Assembly: GCF_032191835.1 (NCBI RefSeq) | Contig: NC_083224.1 | Span: 160,456,001-160,520,000 of the forward strand | Source: Heteronotia binoei | Taxonomy: Eukaryota | Direction: 5' to 3' | DNA: 64,000 nucleotides | Shown: positions 37,191-50,610 of the stretch, piece by piece | How the letters are laid out: each line of letters opens with the position of its first letter | Numbering within the stretch: position 1 is the first letter of the stretch | Made by a program: the position numbers and the translations under genes | The notes under the pieces: generated by a model | Told to the model about the DNA's origin: nothing | Database searches by the model: none | The model's input: the letters and a program-made list of their open reading frames with translations, nothing else

Positions 37191-37609
37191 TAGGGTTGCC
37201 AGGTCCCCCTGGCCATAACTGGGGATGGGGGATAAGTTTGTCAGATCAAGGTTGGGAAACTCCTGGAGATTTGGGGATGGACCACAAAAAGAGGGGGAAA
37301 GAAACTAAACCAACCAAGCAAAAACCTCCAAAGGAAGTTTAGAGTACTAGTTAAGGGGCCAAAAGTTAAAAATATAAATAGTTAATAGACTAAACATCAG
37401 TAATTGTAGAAAAAAGTGCTTGTGTTTATTAGACAAAAGTACACGTGGGGATTGAAGCTTGGGGAGGATAGGAATCTCAGTGGGGCACAGTGGCATAGAG
37501 TCCACCCTCCAGAGTATCCATTTCCTCCAGGGGAACTGATCTCTGTAGTCTGGAGATGAGCTATAATTCTGGGGGATCCCCAGGTCCTACTTGGAGGCTG
37601 CCATCCCTA
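37191..37609. mobile_element. Non-autonomous element with TAGGGTTGCCA-type termini (hAT-Blackjack-like) and an AT-rich internal insertion
   Basis: Ends tagggttgccagg and ggaggctgccatcccta. Internal gagtccaccctcc..ggggaactgatctctgtagtctggagatgag. Confidence 0.7.
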
Positions 37610-38234
37610 GAAAGGAAATAAAGGCTCCGTTTCCCCTCAGGATTAAAAAAAATAGTTCTTTCTGTGCAGAATTCACAACAAATATTTCCATTAAACATGG
37701 ACTGTAATGTTCAAAAACACTTGCTCAATGAACAAAACAGGCATTTTAAACAGGCTGAAATTACACCTATATTTAATCCACTGCAGTGTCATATCTAATT
37801 TTCCTGATACGATTTGGTTACTTGAGAGCAAATTAAGCTAGACTGTTGTGCTCATTTATGTGATAGCATATTGCTGAATCCTTATATTTGTGGTAGCTAC
37901 TTCTACTCCCTCCACACCTCAATTTTTTTCTCTTTATTTTCCAACTCCTTTTCATTTCCCATATCTGCTAATTTATTAGTGTCTCCTTTCATATGAAAAT
38001 ACTTTATCCTACATGTAATATTATGCAAATTTATGTGTTCGTCTTCTGGTACTATTTAATTGCTCTTGAATTTGCCTCCAAGGATAGGAATGTGGGGGAA
38101 GTACAATTAGAACCTTTCTGTTTAAACACATACAAAGAGAAAAAATTCAGTGTAGAGCCATGAAAGATTTGAGCCAGATTAGCCAATGACTCCCATATCT
38201 TTCTTATGCAATTGAATCTTAAATGGAGATTTAA

Positions 38235-38520
38235 GGGGTGGGACATGGAGAGGCTGGGGGTTTGATGAGGGATGGGACCTCAGACAGGTATAATGCTATT
38301 TCCTCCTGAGGAGCCACTGTTGCCAGTCCCAGGTGAGGGCTGCAGATCACTCAGAATTACAACTGCTCTCCGGATGACAGAGATCAGCTCCCCTTGAGGA
38401 AGGGGGGAATGAATGTCTTCGCTTGGGTGGATGGGAAGACAGCAAGGGTTGGGGAGCACTTATCCAGAGCCTTTTTCTAGAGCCTGTTGTATTTTTCTTC
38501 ACATTAGGCCTTATTCCTAG
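38235..38520 (+). mobile_element. Composite repeat ending in a Helitron-like 3' terminus (copy 1)
   Basis: Ends gcctgttgt-atttttcttc-acattaggc-cttattc-CTAG|T. Homologous to the 45730-45964 copy. Confidence 0.5.
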
Positions 38521-39120
38521 TTTTTCAAAAAACGTTTAGCCAATTCCACTGGTACTTTTCTGACAGCGTAAATGCAAAAACCAAATTTGGGTCTTCCCAA
38601 ATTACTTGTGAGGCTAGATAAAAGTTACTTCTGTGATAATACTGAATCTTTGGAATATGTCAGTCATTTAAACAAAAATTCATATTACTTTATTTCAGAT
38701 TCCTGAAATTGCTAGAAGTATATCTCAGTGAATATAAACCACGTTATGCATTATATTTTTCTTTTGCTTCCAGCCAATATTTGATCCCAAAGAGGCTTAA
38801 ACTTTAAAATATATTATAAAATAGCAATTAAAACAATAAAAGGACAAATAAAATTAAGAAAAGGTCATATAACATAAAATCTAAAACTAAGGAACAGTCC
38901 ACTGAGGAAACAACAGGAGTGATAGTTCTTGGTCAAATTCATCTTCAGCAATGCCAGTTCCCACCATTAGAACTTTTCTAAAAAAGGAGCACATTGGGTC
39001 TGTTTCTAACAGCTTAGAGGGAGGTGACCAGAAAAACTACCCTCAGGCGGGACAGTACTACAAAGAGAAATAGCTCTAGTAACCACTTGCTAAGATTCAA
39101 ATGGAAGTCCCATAACAGAT

Positions 39121-39350
39121 AAGCTGGCCTGGTTTGGTGGGTAGAGTGTTGAACTAGGATCCGAGAGACCCAGATTTGAATCCCCATTCTGCCATTCTGC
39201 TTCCTGGGTGAGCTTGGGCCAATCACATACTCTCAGCCTAACCTACCTCACGGGGTTGTTTGAAGATAAGATGGAGGAGAGAGAAATGATGTTTGAGGTC
39301 CTTACTGGGGAGAAAGGCTGGGTATAAATAAATAAATGATGATGATGGAT
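39121..39350 (+). mobile_element. tRNA-derived MIR-like SINE with (TAAA)/(TGA)/(TGGA) tail
   Basis: gggtagagtgttgaactaggatccgagagacccagatttgaatcccc ... ctctcagcctaacctacctcacggggttg ... gggtataaataaataaatgatgatg. Confidence 0.8.
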
Positions 39351-39806
39351 GGATGGATGGAGGAAAGTATACATGGAAGGAGACATTTCAGATATTACTC
39401 AGTTATGTAAAAGTTTTTGAATTAAGGATTTAAACTTAAGTATTCATAAGTTGTATAAGTTCAGAATGGGTGTCTAGTGAGATAAATTTTTTACCAAGAT
39501 CCACAGAACTGATCACATAATGTACTACTTGTCCCAACGCAATTCATAATACTGGATTTCATAAAACCTTATGCAAACTAGAAGCAAGGAATGCCTACCT
39601 CTACATGAAGCTTCCTTTTTATAGAGAAATCTTCAATAAAGGCCTGTCTTATTAGGTGAGTGAATGGCAGTTAGAGTCCAAAGGACCCGTTTGTGGAATA
39701 TCTTCCATACTGCACATAAATTAGATCCCCTCACTGTTGTCATTAATTGTTGGTTGAAAACAACTTCTTTTTACTCAGGCTTCTGAAAGTATTTAAATTT
39801 GATAAT

Positions 39807-40107
39807 AAAAAATGGTAAAGGTAGTCCCTTGTGCTAGCATCAGTCATTTCTGACTCTGGGGTGACGTTGCTTTCGAAACGTTTTCACAGCAGACTTTTTA
39901 TGGGGTGGTTTGCCATTGCCTTCCCCAGTCATCTACACTTTCGCCCCAGCAAGCTGGGTACTCATTTTATCGACCTTGGAAGGATGAAAGGCTGAGTCAA
40001 TCTGGAGCCGGCTACCTGAACCCAGCTTCCGCTGGGATCAAACTCAGGTCGTGAGTCGAGTTTAGGACTGCAGTACTGGAGCTTTACCACTTTGCACCAC
40101 AGGGCTC
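39807..40107 (-). mobile_element. Sauria SINE with 15-bp target-site duplication
   Basis: Reverse complement of the Sauria consensus. TSD TTTAAATTTGATAAT at 39792-39806 and 40108-40122. Confidence 0.93.
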
Positions 40108-41013
40108 TTTAAATTTGATAATGCTCCACTGTAATTTGAGCCTCACTTTTATTCTGTTGGTTAAATATGAACAGTTTTACGATGTTTTAAACAGCTTTTG
40201 GTAACCAATTTTGATAGGACATAAACTTGTATTAAAAAAAAAACACCTTAAGGACTAATTCTGTGTGGTCCTGTCAGTTTGTTCCTCTCCCTACTCCCTG
40301 GGAGCTTTGGGCAACATACACAGTTTCCCCCTCTCTTTCCATTCTGGCCCATTGGAAGTTTCAAAGCACCTTACATAGTTCACTGCAGTGATGCCACTGA
40401 TCACGTCCTTTAAAGTTTCTGGTGTGTTATTTTGCAGGAAATGTGACATTTGTTTGAAAGAATGCTTTTACAAATGTGTCCTTCCATTGAATGCAATATA
40501 GGCCAAGACTTAGCCAGAAGTAAGTTTGGGCATTCAAAAGATTGAGCCAAGGCTGTAGGATTTCATTCAACTGTCTCCCTCTTCATTTCATTTAAACTCC
40601 AAATTATAATAGGGGATAATACTTTATTGCTGTGCTTAAAGTATTAACAAATCTAAAAACCTATGTATGTACATTTTGAGCAATTTTACATTTGAAAGAG
40701 AATAGAGAATTTTACCGTTTCACCTATGAAGCCTGATTAATTTCTTTTTTACTAAAAAAAGTATTTCTGGGTTTTCAATTTTCAGTTCTTTCCTGATTCC
40801 TCTTTTTTAAAAAATGACCTTACCATGGCCAAAATTGACATTCAGGAAGTAGGATCTCCTTGTGCTAGTGATTCAAGCCACCATGCAACAGTTTGTGTTA
40901 AAAACACAAAGGGAACAGAGAACATATCTCTTAACTTATAGTGGAGGATTAATTTCAGTTACTGCATACACTACCCCCCTCACCTTTTTATGTTCTCATG
41001 TTCTAAGCTCCCA

Positions 41014-41500
41014 ACTAGGAATGGGCACGAACTGACATACAATCCAAATTTTGTGACAAGCCAGGCCAGTTTGTTGGCTTGTGAGACGTGATTTGGGCAA
41101 TTGTGCTTTTCACAAACCACCCACAAACTGCCATATTTTTGTGGTGGTTCATTTGATTTGTCAGAGCGGTTCCTTGACCAGACATGCTGGCACTGATCAA
41201 TCATTGGTCAAGGCAACAGTGGGATGGACTTCTACAGCCCTAGAAACACCAATCTTAACCCTCCAAAGCTTAATAGGCATCTCTGGCCCCTAGCCAGAGA
41301 GCTCCCATTCTGCTCTATGTGAGCATAATGAATACAGACCCCCAGCTCACACCCAGATGCTTTCACTTTGCAGCAGGCAAATAGAGGCAGATAGGGAAGG
41401 AAGTGTTTGTGCTTCAGGTCTCTGAGGGACCTGTCTCTCTGCTACAGCCGGGCAGAGGGGCAAAGCCAGTGGGGTTCCTCAGCTTAGGACCCACACACTT
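41014..41500. mobile_element. Degenerate non-autonomous repeat (taggaatgggcacgaac start)
   Basis: The terminus resembles the TAGGGATGGGCACGAAC squamate MITE family. The right end was not found. Confidence 0.35.
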
Positions 41501-41547
41501 CCTCTGGGATCTTTTTATCCCCCCTCCTCACAAGTTGTGTGTGTCCT

Positions 41548-42548
41548 CGGTACTGGGTCCCATGCTCTTTAACTTGTTCATAAATTATTTAGAGTTGGGA
41601 GTGAGCAGTGAAGTGGCCAAGTTTGCGGATGACACTAAATTGTTCAGGGTGGTGAGAACCAGAGAGGATTGTGAGGAACTCCAAAGGGATCTGTTGAGGC
41701 TGGGTGAGTGGGCGTCAACGTGGCAGATGCGGTTTAATGTGGCCAAGTGCAAAGTAATGCACATTGGGGCCAAGAATCCCAGCTACAAATACAAGTTGAT
41801 GGGGTGTGAACTGGCAGAGACAGACCAAGAGAGAGATCTTGGGGTCGTGGTAGATAACTCACTGAAAATGTCAAGACAGTGTGCATTTGCAATAAAAAAG
41901 GCCAACGCCATGCCTGGAATTATTAGGAAGGGAATTGAAAACAAATCAGCCAGTATCATAATGCCCCTGTATAAATCGATGGTGCTGTCTCATTTGGAGT
42001 ACTGTGTGCAGTTCTGGTCGCCGCACCTCAAAAAGGATATTATAGCATTGGAGAAAGTCCAGAAAAGGGCAACTAGAATGATTAAAGGGCTGAACACTTT
42101 CCCTATGAAGAAAGGTTGAAACGCTTGGGACTCTATAGCTTGGAGAAACGTCGACTGCGGGGTGACATGATAGAGGTTTACAAAATAATGCATGGTGTGG
42201 AGAAAGTAGAGAAAGGAGTACTTTCTCCCTTTCTCACAATACAAGAACTCATGGGCATTCGATGAAATTGCTGAGCAGACAGGTTAAAATGGATAAAAGG
42301 AAGTACTTCTTCACCCAAAGGGTGATTAACATGTGGAATTCACTGCCACAGGAGGTGGTGGCGGCCACAAGCATAGCCACCTTCAAGAGGGGTTTAGATA
42401 AAAATATGGAGCAGAGGTCCATCAGTGGCTATTAGCCACAGTGTGTGTGTATATATAAAAAAATTTTGCCACTGTGTGACACAGAGTGTTGGACTAGATG
42501 GGCCATTGGCCTGATCCAACATGGCTTCTTTTATGTTCTTATGTTCTT
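41548..42548 (+). mobile_element. CR1 LINE, 5'-truncated ~1 kb, RT C-terminus plus 3'UTR
   Basis: SVLGPMLFNLFINYLELGVSSEVAKFADDTKLF...[30 protein letters not shown], with a frameshift near 42090. Tail is ttatgttcttatgttctt. Confidence 0.96.
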
Positions 42549-45500
42549 CCCAGTAGTCATTGTTGTAGTAGCCTTTATTGACATATAATAAATAGTAAAT
42601 AAAGCAGTGAACAGGTATAGGGGTAACAAGGAGAAAAGTTATGTCAGTCATATGCATCTAAACATTAAGCAGTAGTTATTAAGCAGTAGTCATTGCTCCA
42701 AGCCACCCAGTGTCCACTGATGTTTTTCAGGGTTTTGGGTCCATGATAAACTCATGGCTTTGAGCCATCCTGTTGGGTCCTCACCTGAGGAGAGGAGCCA
42801 TGCCCTCCTCCTAGGGTCATTTTAAATCCTGTGCCACCAACTGTCCTCCTGCTACAGTACTGCCATCTGGCTACTTAGTGGTTCTGCTCCATGCCCAAGG
42901 GATACAGACCACACATCACTGCCACAATCCATGTCAGGGTGTGGAACCACACACCTCTCACTGGGATATTTTAACACCACCTGAGCCACCACCTGTCATC
43001 TTGCTATAGCCAGGAATAGGGTCTCAGCCAGCACAGGTTCTGGGTTCCTTGGGTGAGGAGCCACACCCCCTCCTCACTAGTTGTGTCCCCTGAATAATAG
43101 TCACTTCCAGCCTCCCCTGTTCTATGTCCATTTCATTGTCATTTAGATGAAGCCAAACAAAGTGGTTGCATTGGCCCAAGTCTCATTTGGTTTGTCAGGA
43201 TCAGTTTAGATTAGAGGAGTCATTATCTAACACTTATTCCTGATCAACACTAGTGTGAGATTACCAGAGTTAATATGTGTCAGGCATGTATCAGATCTTC
43301 TGATTGTAATAAAAGGAAGCAGGCATATGTGTGGTTGCAATGATGATGGTGGGCAAGAAGAGGAAATACAGTGTTATTACTGGTTTGTGGCCCAGTCCCA
43401 TTCATGTTTATTTGGAAGTGAGTTCTGTTGAGTTCAGTGGAATTTGTCATTAGGTGTACAATGAACAGTTGCCAAATCCTCTTTTTTGACATAAAAGTCA
43501 TATTTGCCTTGATAGTAAGAGATATACAGTTAATATCCACCCACCCATTTTCACAGAACTTCACCCGTTTCTAGTTTATCTACAATGTACTTGTTCTAGC
43601 TTTTTCAAAGAATATGTATAGTGCATGTGTACTTAATTTACACACACTCTAGATCATGGACAGTAAAATAGCTAGAATTTGTTTTGCAACCTTGAGCTCT
43701 TATCACTTTTAAAAACTAAATTGTTTTTTTTTTTCATTTTGTGATTTAAAATAAAATTAAATGAATATTGGTGAACTAAATGAGTCAGACTCTAAACTTT
43801 TATCTGGATCTATGGAGCTTAGATATAAATTGAAAAGATCACAGCTTATAGGAAAAAGACCTATATGGAAAGGCCTTTCTGCATAGATTATGAACATCAT
43901 AACTCAATATTTTTTTTCAAAACTATAGTTATAATTGGACCCAATGGGGGTCTTTTTCTTTGATCAGATCACAGTAACTGTGACTTTACACTGGAAAATG
44001 TCACTACTGTGAAGGTTTATCACCTGTAGAGCTGGTCTTTTCTCCAATGCCATGTTCAGTTCTCATTAGCATTATACAGAGTTTAGTTGTTAATTAGATT
44101 GACACTTCACTTACAGTAATCGTAGACAAGAATAGCTACGGCTACATGTGTGAAGAAACAAGGATTCTCATTCTTGCATAGCTTTTAAAATGAGTGTCAT
44201 CTTTAGCGATGCATTGCCATGTTCATAGGTGGGTAAATAATGTCATCAAACTTATTGTGTATATTACATACAGGAAAAAACAAACTACTAACTCAATTTT
44301 TATTCAAATGCTGCAGTTATTTTGTGAAAGAATAGATTATGAATTGCCCAAATTAAGTTCATGCTAAAAGCTGACTAGGTTTCTTTCCCCCCTATTTGTA
44401 TTGCTGTTCCACAATTTCCATGTCTTTCAGCCATTCTCCTGGATCCAGGTCCACATGTGCTACATCCTACTGTGTACAGAGAACTCATGTGCATCAGCAG
44501 GCTAGCATGCTCAAGTTTCTTATATAAGTCTGTCCACAATGGAGGGTTTTGCCACTCCAGTATGCCAGTTAATCCCATCCCTGAAATCTGAGTGATGCTG
44601 CTACATGATATATTCTTATCCCACAGCGTGTTGAAAGATAAAGTTGGCAAGCAGAGTCTTCATGAGGAGCAAATACAAACAACACTCTATAAGATATTCT
44701 TTTAAGAATTGTGTTTTCCTTGTTTCTGTTTCACCACTAAGAAGTGAACAGTGTGAGAAGCTCATAATTTCTTTTCCATAGGATATTATGAATAACTCAA
44801 ATATATACATGAACTTTAGGATAGAGGCAATTAAAGGCTTTCAGTAGGACATGTGTTCAGAATGTCGCTGATCAGTATCCAGTATGAATTTATTGTTAAC
44901 CTTGGAAGGGTAACTAAGTGGATTTTCTTCTGACTTTTGGATCTAAGCCAACTTGATGAGATCTGGTCATTTTTCTGAAAGCATTCTGTTATCTGCAGCT
45001 GCACCCTATTTTCAGTTTCTGTGTGTGTGTGTGTGCCATCTCTGAATTTCCATTTGCCAGGGAAGTAAGGGGAGAAAGTGTCTCAGTAGATATATTTCTG
45101 ACAGGTTTGCTACCAGCCTTTGTTCACACCACACACTATTAGCCCCGATTAGTGCTTCTGTGCACATTTTCTCCAGTCACATTGTTGGCTACAGATCTGG
45201 GAAGGACTATCATCATCAATAATAAATAAAAGCCCTACCGTGGTGGCAAATCTGAGGATTTTCATTGGTTGGATGTGGCCTACGCAGAATTGGCTTGCAC
45301 TCTGTCTCTGGCATGCCATTGACTGATTCTGCTCTCCCCCCCCCCCCCCCCACTGACAGCCCTGTCAGGTGAGAACCTCACCAGACGGCCACTGACTTCT
45401 GAGGAAGACACAGTTCTCGGCTGACAGGTTCTCCTGTGGGCTTACTGATCATTACTTCCTCTCCTCAGGACCCATTGTACGAAGTCCAGGACACACAAAC

Positions 45501-45729
45501 AACGCTGTTGCAAAGCAAACAGTAAACTATGAGAGACACGTCCATGAGACAAAATAGTAGCAGTTACTTCTCTTCAACAGACACAAAAGGAATGTTCATT
45601 CACAGCAGAGAGGACCAGTTCCACAGCAGCAGATAAACAGACTGACACTATAATAACCCCCTTTCCACCTGCAAATACTCTTCACTCTTTCTATTCAATT
45701 TAGGCTATAGTGGGCTCATATGATAGAAT

Positions 45730-45964
45730 GAACTCTGAGGGAGAGGCCTTTTCTCTTGGGGAACCATTGTTCCCAATCTCCAGGAGAGGGATGGAGTTTA
45801 CAGCTGCTCTCCAGATGACAGATGTCAGCTCCCCTTGAGGTCGGGGGTAGGGGGGAGCCAGTGCCTTCACTTGGGTGGGTGGGAAGACTGTAAGAGTGGT
45901 GGGCACTCACCCAGAGCCTCCTAGAGCCCATTGTATTTTTCTTCACAATGGGCCTTACTCCTAG
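45730..45964 (+). mobile_element. Composite repeat ending in a Helitron-like 3' terminus (copy 2)
   Basis: Perfect 9-bp hairpin GCCCATTGT (45926-45934) / ACAATGGGC (45945-45953), 7-nt spacer, then CTAG (45961-45964) followed by T. Confidence 0.55.
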
Positions 45965-46029
45965 TTCATTCTAAGAAGTAGTACTCTTTGCCAGAACTAT
46001 TCCAGTTATCAGATACTATTGGTTACTGA

Positions 46030-46330
46030 CCTCAAAGTGGGGCCTGAAATTCTCCTAGAAATTCTCCTAGAATCTCTAGACTACAGATATCATTCCACTG
46101 GAAGAAATGGCAGTTTTGGAGGGTGGACTCTGTGACATATCCCCACTGAACTTCCTTCCCTCCCCAGCACCTCTGTAAAATTTCCAGGAATTTCCTAAGC
46201 CTGAATTCATAGGTATCAGCATGATTGCAGAAGCTGGCAAATACTTTACTGGTAGCCACTGGGAGAGGCCAGGGCAGGGAATGAAAGCAGCAGAAGTTGT
46301 TCATCCGCCCCCAAATTGCCACCTGGTAAC
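46030..46330. mobile_element. Degenerate TAGGGTTGCCA-family element
   Basis: gactacagatatcattccactggaagaaatggcagttttggagggtggactct is the near reverse complement of the 37500-37560 internal segment. Confidence 0.55.
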
Positions 46331-46461
46331 TTTGGAGGAAAAGATAATGTCTTTACTGGCATACTATGTGATGTGAGGAGGGCTGCCATGCACTATGAGG
46401 TGATCCAAAGGCTTCCCGTCATGTGTTCTCTTCTGCTCTACATTACAATAGATTGCCTACC

Positions 46462-46557
46462 TCAGTGGTCCCCAACCTTTTTGGCACCAGGGACCAGTTT
46501 TGTGGAAGACAGTTTTTCCACGGACCAGTGCGCGGGGAATGGTTTTGGGATGATACA
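46462..46557. mobile_element. hAT (Charlie-like) MITE end, truncated by an assembly gap
   Basis: cagtggtccccaacctttttggcaccagggaccagttttgtggaagaca is the near reverse complement of the right end of 5466-5810. Confidence 0.8.
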
Positions 46558-46701
46558 NNNNNNNNNNNNNNNNNNNNNNNNNNNNNNNNNNNNNNNNNNN
46601 NNNNNNNNNNNNNNNNNNNNNNNNNNNNNNNNNNNNNNNNNNNNNNNNNNNNNNNNNNNNNNNNNNNNNNNNNNNNNNNNNNNNNNNNNNNNNNNNNNNN
46701 N
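46558..46701. other. Assembly gap (144 N)
   Basis: N run. Confidence 1.
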
Positions 46702-48827
46702 AAAAAGAAGCAGTCAGTGTACGGCTAGATGAGAGGCGAACAATTAGTGACATGGTCTGAGGGGATCCTTTCTACATTTAAAATTAGCCCTATAATACAT
46801 AAATCTGCTCAATCATGTTTAAAGCTATATATGTGAGAGAATGCAAAGGCAAGGTGAGGCAAACCCTGGTTTTCTCTCCCTTCAGTCTTACCTCACAGTG
46901 GAGATATGCTACAGAGCTTGGCTGCTGGAAGCATTTTTTCCTCACATTCAAATAAAAATTTTAATTTCCTCTGTTATAGTAAGGCTTTATATGCATGGAA
47001 TTTGGGAGGGAGGATAACTTAGGTGACAGCTACAGTCTCTGAGAACTTCATCACAGTTGCTAAGGGAGACAACAAACATTATGTGTGGGAATTTATTTTC
47101 CTTCAAGACATATGTCAGTGTTATCTAAGTACAATGACTCTGAACGAGTATCATAATGATATTAAATAATCCAAACACAAGTTGTAATGAACAAAGCGGA
47201 CTAAAATGTCTGGGTCCTGGGCACATCCCTACTTTTTGAAATTCAGTCGAAGAACAAAGACAACTTCTGTCTAGAACACATTTGTACTTATGTGGGCTTG
47301 GCATTCAATATCACCCCCCCCCTCTCATCAAGGTAGTTCCCAAATTATTGGTTTGCTAGATGCTATTATACTAGAATTGATTTCAAAGTCTTTTGAAAAA
47401 ATGAATGCCTTGGAATATAATAGTGTTTTTCAGCAGGTGTGCAATCTAAATGGGGTTATGTTTCAAATATTACTTATCATATGAGTCAAGTTAGCATTAG
47501 TCCAGAAAATGAGGTAGTGCTAGGGAAATGGATTATTTCATCCAGCTGATGCCATATTCATTAAGAATGGGTGTAAATGAAATTTCCCTAGGATAAGAAT
47601 CCCAAATAGACATCACTGTTTCTCTAGATACATGCTTCAGACAAATGCTAGCACAAAAACAACAAAACATTGTAACTGATATTAAAGAGTTCGAAAAATC
47701 AAGAATTGTTCCTGCTGAGGGCAAACCAAAGGTCCCCTTTGTCCAGCATTGTGTTAGTATTCCCTAGTTTATACTTAGCATTTGATATTCAAAGATATAT
47801 TGCCTCTAAACATAGTGTTTTACATATCCATCATGACTAACAGCCACTCATAGACAAATTCAGAGGATTAAGCTAACATTTTAAAAGAAATCTAAGCCAG
47901 TCACTATCTCTGCAGTCCATATAGTTTATAAATGAATTATGAGTTCTGTGACAAAATACTTTCTTTTGCTCCCTGAACCCACTGCCAATCTATTTCCTTG
48001 TCATGGGTGACCCTGAGTTCTAAAATTACACAAAAATATCTGTAATCACAATATTCATAGTATAACCCTAATTATAAATCTTTCTGCTATGTCTTTTGAT
48101 TTTTTTAAATTAAAAAAATTCAAATACTTCAGCTTTTCTTGATAAGTAAGGTATTCCACTTGGTCATTTTCATTGCCTTTTGTCTGCTTTTACCAACTCT
48201 GTGACTTTTTAAAAAAAATGTGCTAATGGAGCAATAGAAAACATATAGAAGGGATTGTACACATAGTATATTTTTGCAATATGACCACTGGGACAAATTA
48301 GTTTAATCCAGGACATTTGCGATCTGTCCCCACATTATATTAAAAATAAATGGCTTTTCTATAAAGACAAACAGCAGTTACCTTTTCATTCAGTAGTCAA
48401 GAGATAAAATGTGGTGACCATCATCTAGGAAAGCCAATCCAGGAGGTTTATAGCTAGGCTTTCCTATGGCTCATCATACAAGGGAAAAGCTTTTCCCCCT
48501 CCTGCTCCAAGCAATTTAAGTCTTGTGAATTTCTGGACTACCCTAAGCTGAGCCTCAAATGAGGCTTCACTCTGAGCTTCTGTAGCAGAAATGAAAGATA
48601 CCTGCTTGGCTCCCTCATAGACAAGTAGGTGCATGTTATGATTGCAAGGAACTGGCAGGAAAAGTGGCTTACGAGCAGTTTACTGTAAAATAATTAAAGC
48701 TTATTTATGTCAAGAGGCCTTGGAAAAAAAGAGTGCGTAAACCAATTTGCATTAGCACTTTACTATCATCCCCTGCTTTCATTTCAATTAACAGACCAGC
48801 AGGTGTTCTTTGCAGTTAAAAAGATAA

Positions 48828-48999
48828 NNNNNNNNNNNNNNNNNNNNNNNNNNNNNNNNNNNNNNNNNNNNNNNNNNNNNNNNNNNNNNNNNNNNNNNNN
48901 NNNNNNNNNNNNNNNNNNNNNNNNNNNNNNNNNNNNNNNNNNNNNNNNNNNNNNNNNNNNNNNNNNNNNNNNNNNNNNNNNNNNNNNNNNNNNNNNNNN
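48828..48999. other. Assembly gap (172 N) covering the acceptor and 5' part of a DENND1B exon
   Basis: The N run ends directly in coding sequence. Confidence 1.
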
Positions 49000-49079
49000 G
49001 TGATGGAGTAGCCAGGGCCTTCCTGAGGGCACAGGCAACATTATTTGGATCCTACCGAGATGCACTAAGATACAAGCCT
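49000..49079 (+). CDS. DENND1B: DENND1B coding exon, visible 3' part only: (G)DGVARAFLRAQATLFGSYRDALRYKP; 5' part lies in N-gap 48828-48999
   Basis: GT GAT GGA GTA GCC AGG ... TAC AAG CCT followed by donor GTAAGC. The peptide continues DENND1B in the expected order. The acceptor is not visible. Confidence 0.92.
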
Positions 49080-50410
49080 GTAAGCTTCCCCATTTATTGC
49101 AATTCAGACATTTATTTTCTTGTTTTTGATTTTTCTGTTGACTAAAATGTTCTTAATGCATGCATGAGGAGCACAATATCACTACAGTTATGAAACTCTC
49201 TTTGTGTGCTCTGAGAAGTGTGTGTGCAGCCAGGCCTCAATTATTGTTAGATATGGAAAGGAAAATGCTCTGAGCACCATAGTCAACAATTATGAGAAAA
49301 AACTTTTGGTGAGCTCATTAACTGCCACATGAGGTGATGATTTGTGCACTGATGCAGCCACAACAGATCAGACACCACAGAGCTGTCATAATACCTAGGT
49401 GCCCAGGCCAGATGTAACACTAAACCATGGTTAAGAGAAGGGGGACGAAGTCACTCAAAGGTAAGAAGGAAAGGGGGTTGTGTTGTTTTTCAGGGGCTGG
49501 CTTCCAACCTGTAAATTATGTTTTTTCAGACAGATAGCATTATGTTGGCACTGGGCTGAACTCAGTGTTTTCCACTTGGGTAATTCACACATTTAGTTAT
49601 TACTTCCTATTTTATTGAGTGATATATATGATATGATATCAGGCTTTATACAATCTGTTATGATGACATTATCTTGATAAACCCATGATTATTTCATCAT
49701 TTTAAATGGTCTTTCGTGCACCACATCACTTGTAAGAGAAGCAAACAGTGCTGTTTCTTTTTTTATCATAGAAATAACCACAAGCTGAGAAATAACTTGT
49801 TATCTATTTGCAATCAAAGAGCTAGTTGTTTGGTTCAACTCAAGGAGCAAAAACATCCTTCAGGTTGCTGTTCTTCAGCTCATTGCCTGCTCCCTCCCCT
49901 TAAGTGCCTCTGCCTTTCAGCTTTCCCTCAGTGCAAGGTTTTAGCCTCAGTCAAATTTACAACTTCCCCCTTGCTCACCAGTGCTGAACTGTATATATTC
50001 TATTGCTGAAAACTTTGTTTCCTCAGCTGCTGGAGTGCTAATTACATCACAGGAACACAGCACACTAACAGCCCAAATCCAAGACTTGCTGCCTCAACAA
50101 GTCTGTGTTTTGGATGAGTCAGTGGCAATTTAACAAGGAGCACAGCCTGAGGCCTTCAGTTGTGCCACCACTCTTACTTCTCCGCTAAGCCTCTCACCCT
50201 TGATCTCCACTTGCCTATCATCCCTATCTATGTGTTGTGAGAGTTTGAGAAGCTCCATAGAACATCCATTACTTGCTGTACTGTCATTAAAGATGCCTGG
50301 AGCTCAAGGAGGGAAGGAAAGTTAACTCCTTTTGCTCCTGGTCAGTGATGAGCAGAGTGAGGCAGTAGATGCTTTGTCCCCACCATCACCTTTATGAAGC
50401 CATTAACTAA

Positions 50411-50610
50411 GCTTGCCAATTTCCAGGTGGGACCTCAAGTTCGTTCTCAGAATTCCAAGTCATCTCCAGACAACAGAGACCAGTTTCCCTGAGAAAATGT
50501 CAGCAGTTTTGGAGGGCAGACTGTATGGTATCTCATCCTAGCTTAGCTCTGCCCCCTTCCCAAGCTCCCTCACCCCCCCAAATCTCCAGGATTCTCCCAA
50601 GTCTATTGCT
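50411..50610. mobile_element. Degenerate TAGGGTTGCCA-family element
   Basis: gcttgccaatttccaggtgggacct ... catctccagacaacagagaccagtttccct ... ttttggagggcagact ... aatctccagga. Confidence 0.55.

Noticed and set aside
45353-45382. Two abutting mini-hairpins (CTGACAG-CC-CTGTCAG and GGTGAG-AAC-CTCACC)
   Set aside because: The 6-7 bp stems are short, likely belong to a degenerate repeat or chance, and have no supporting context.
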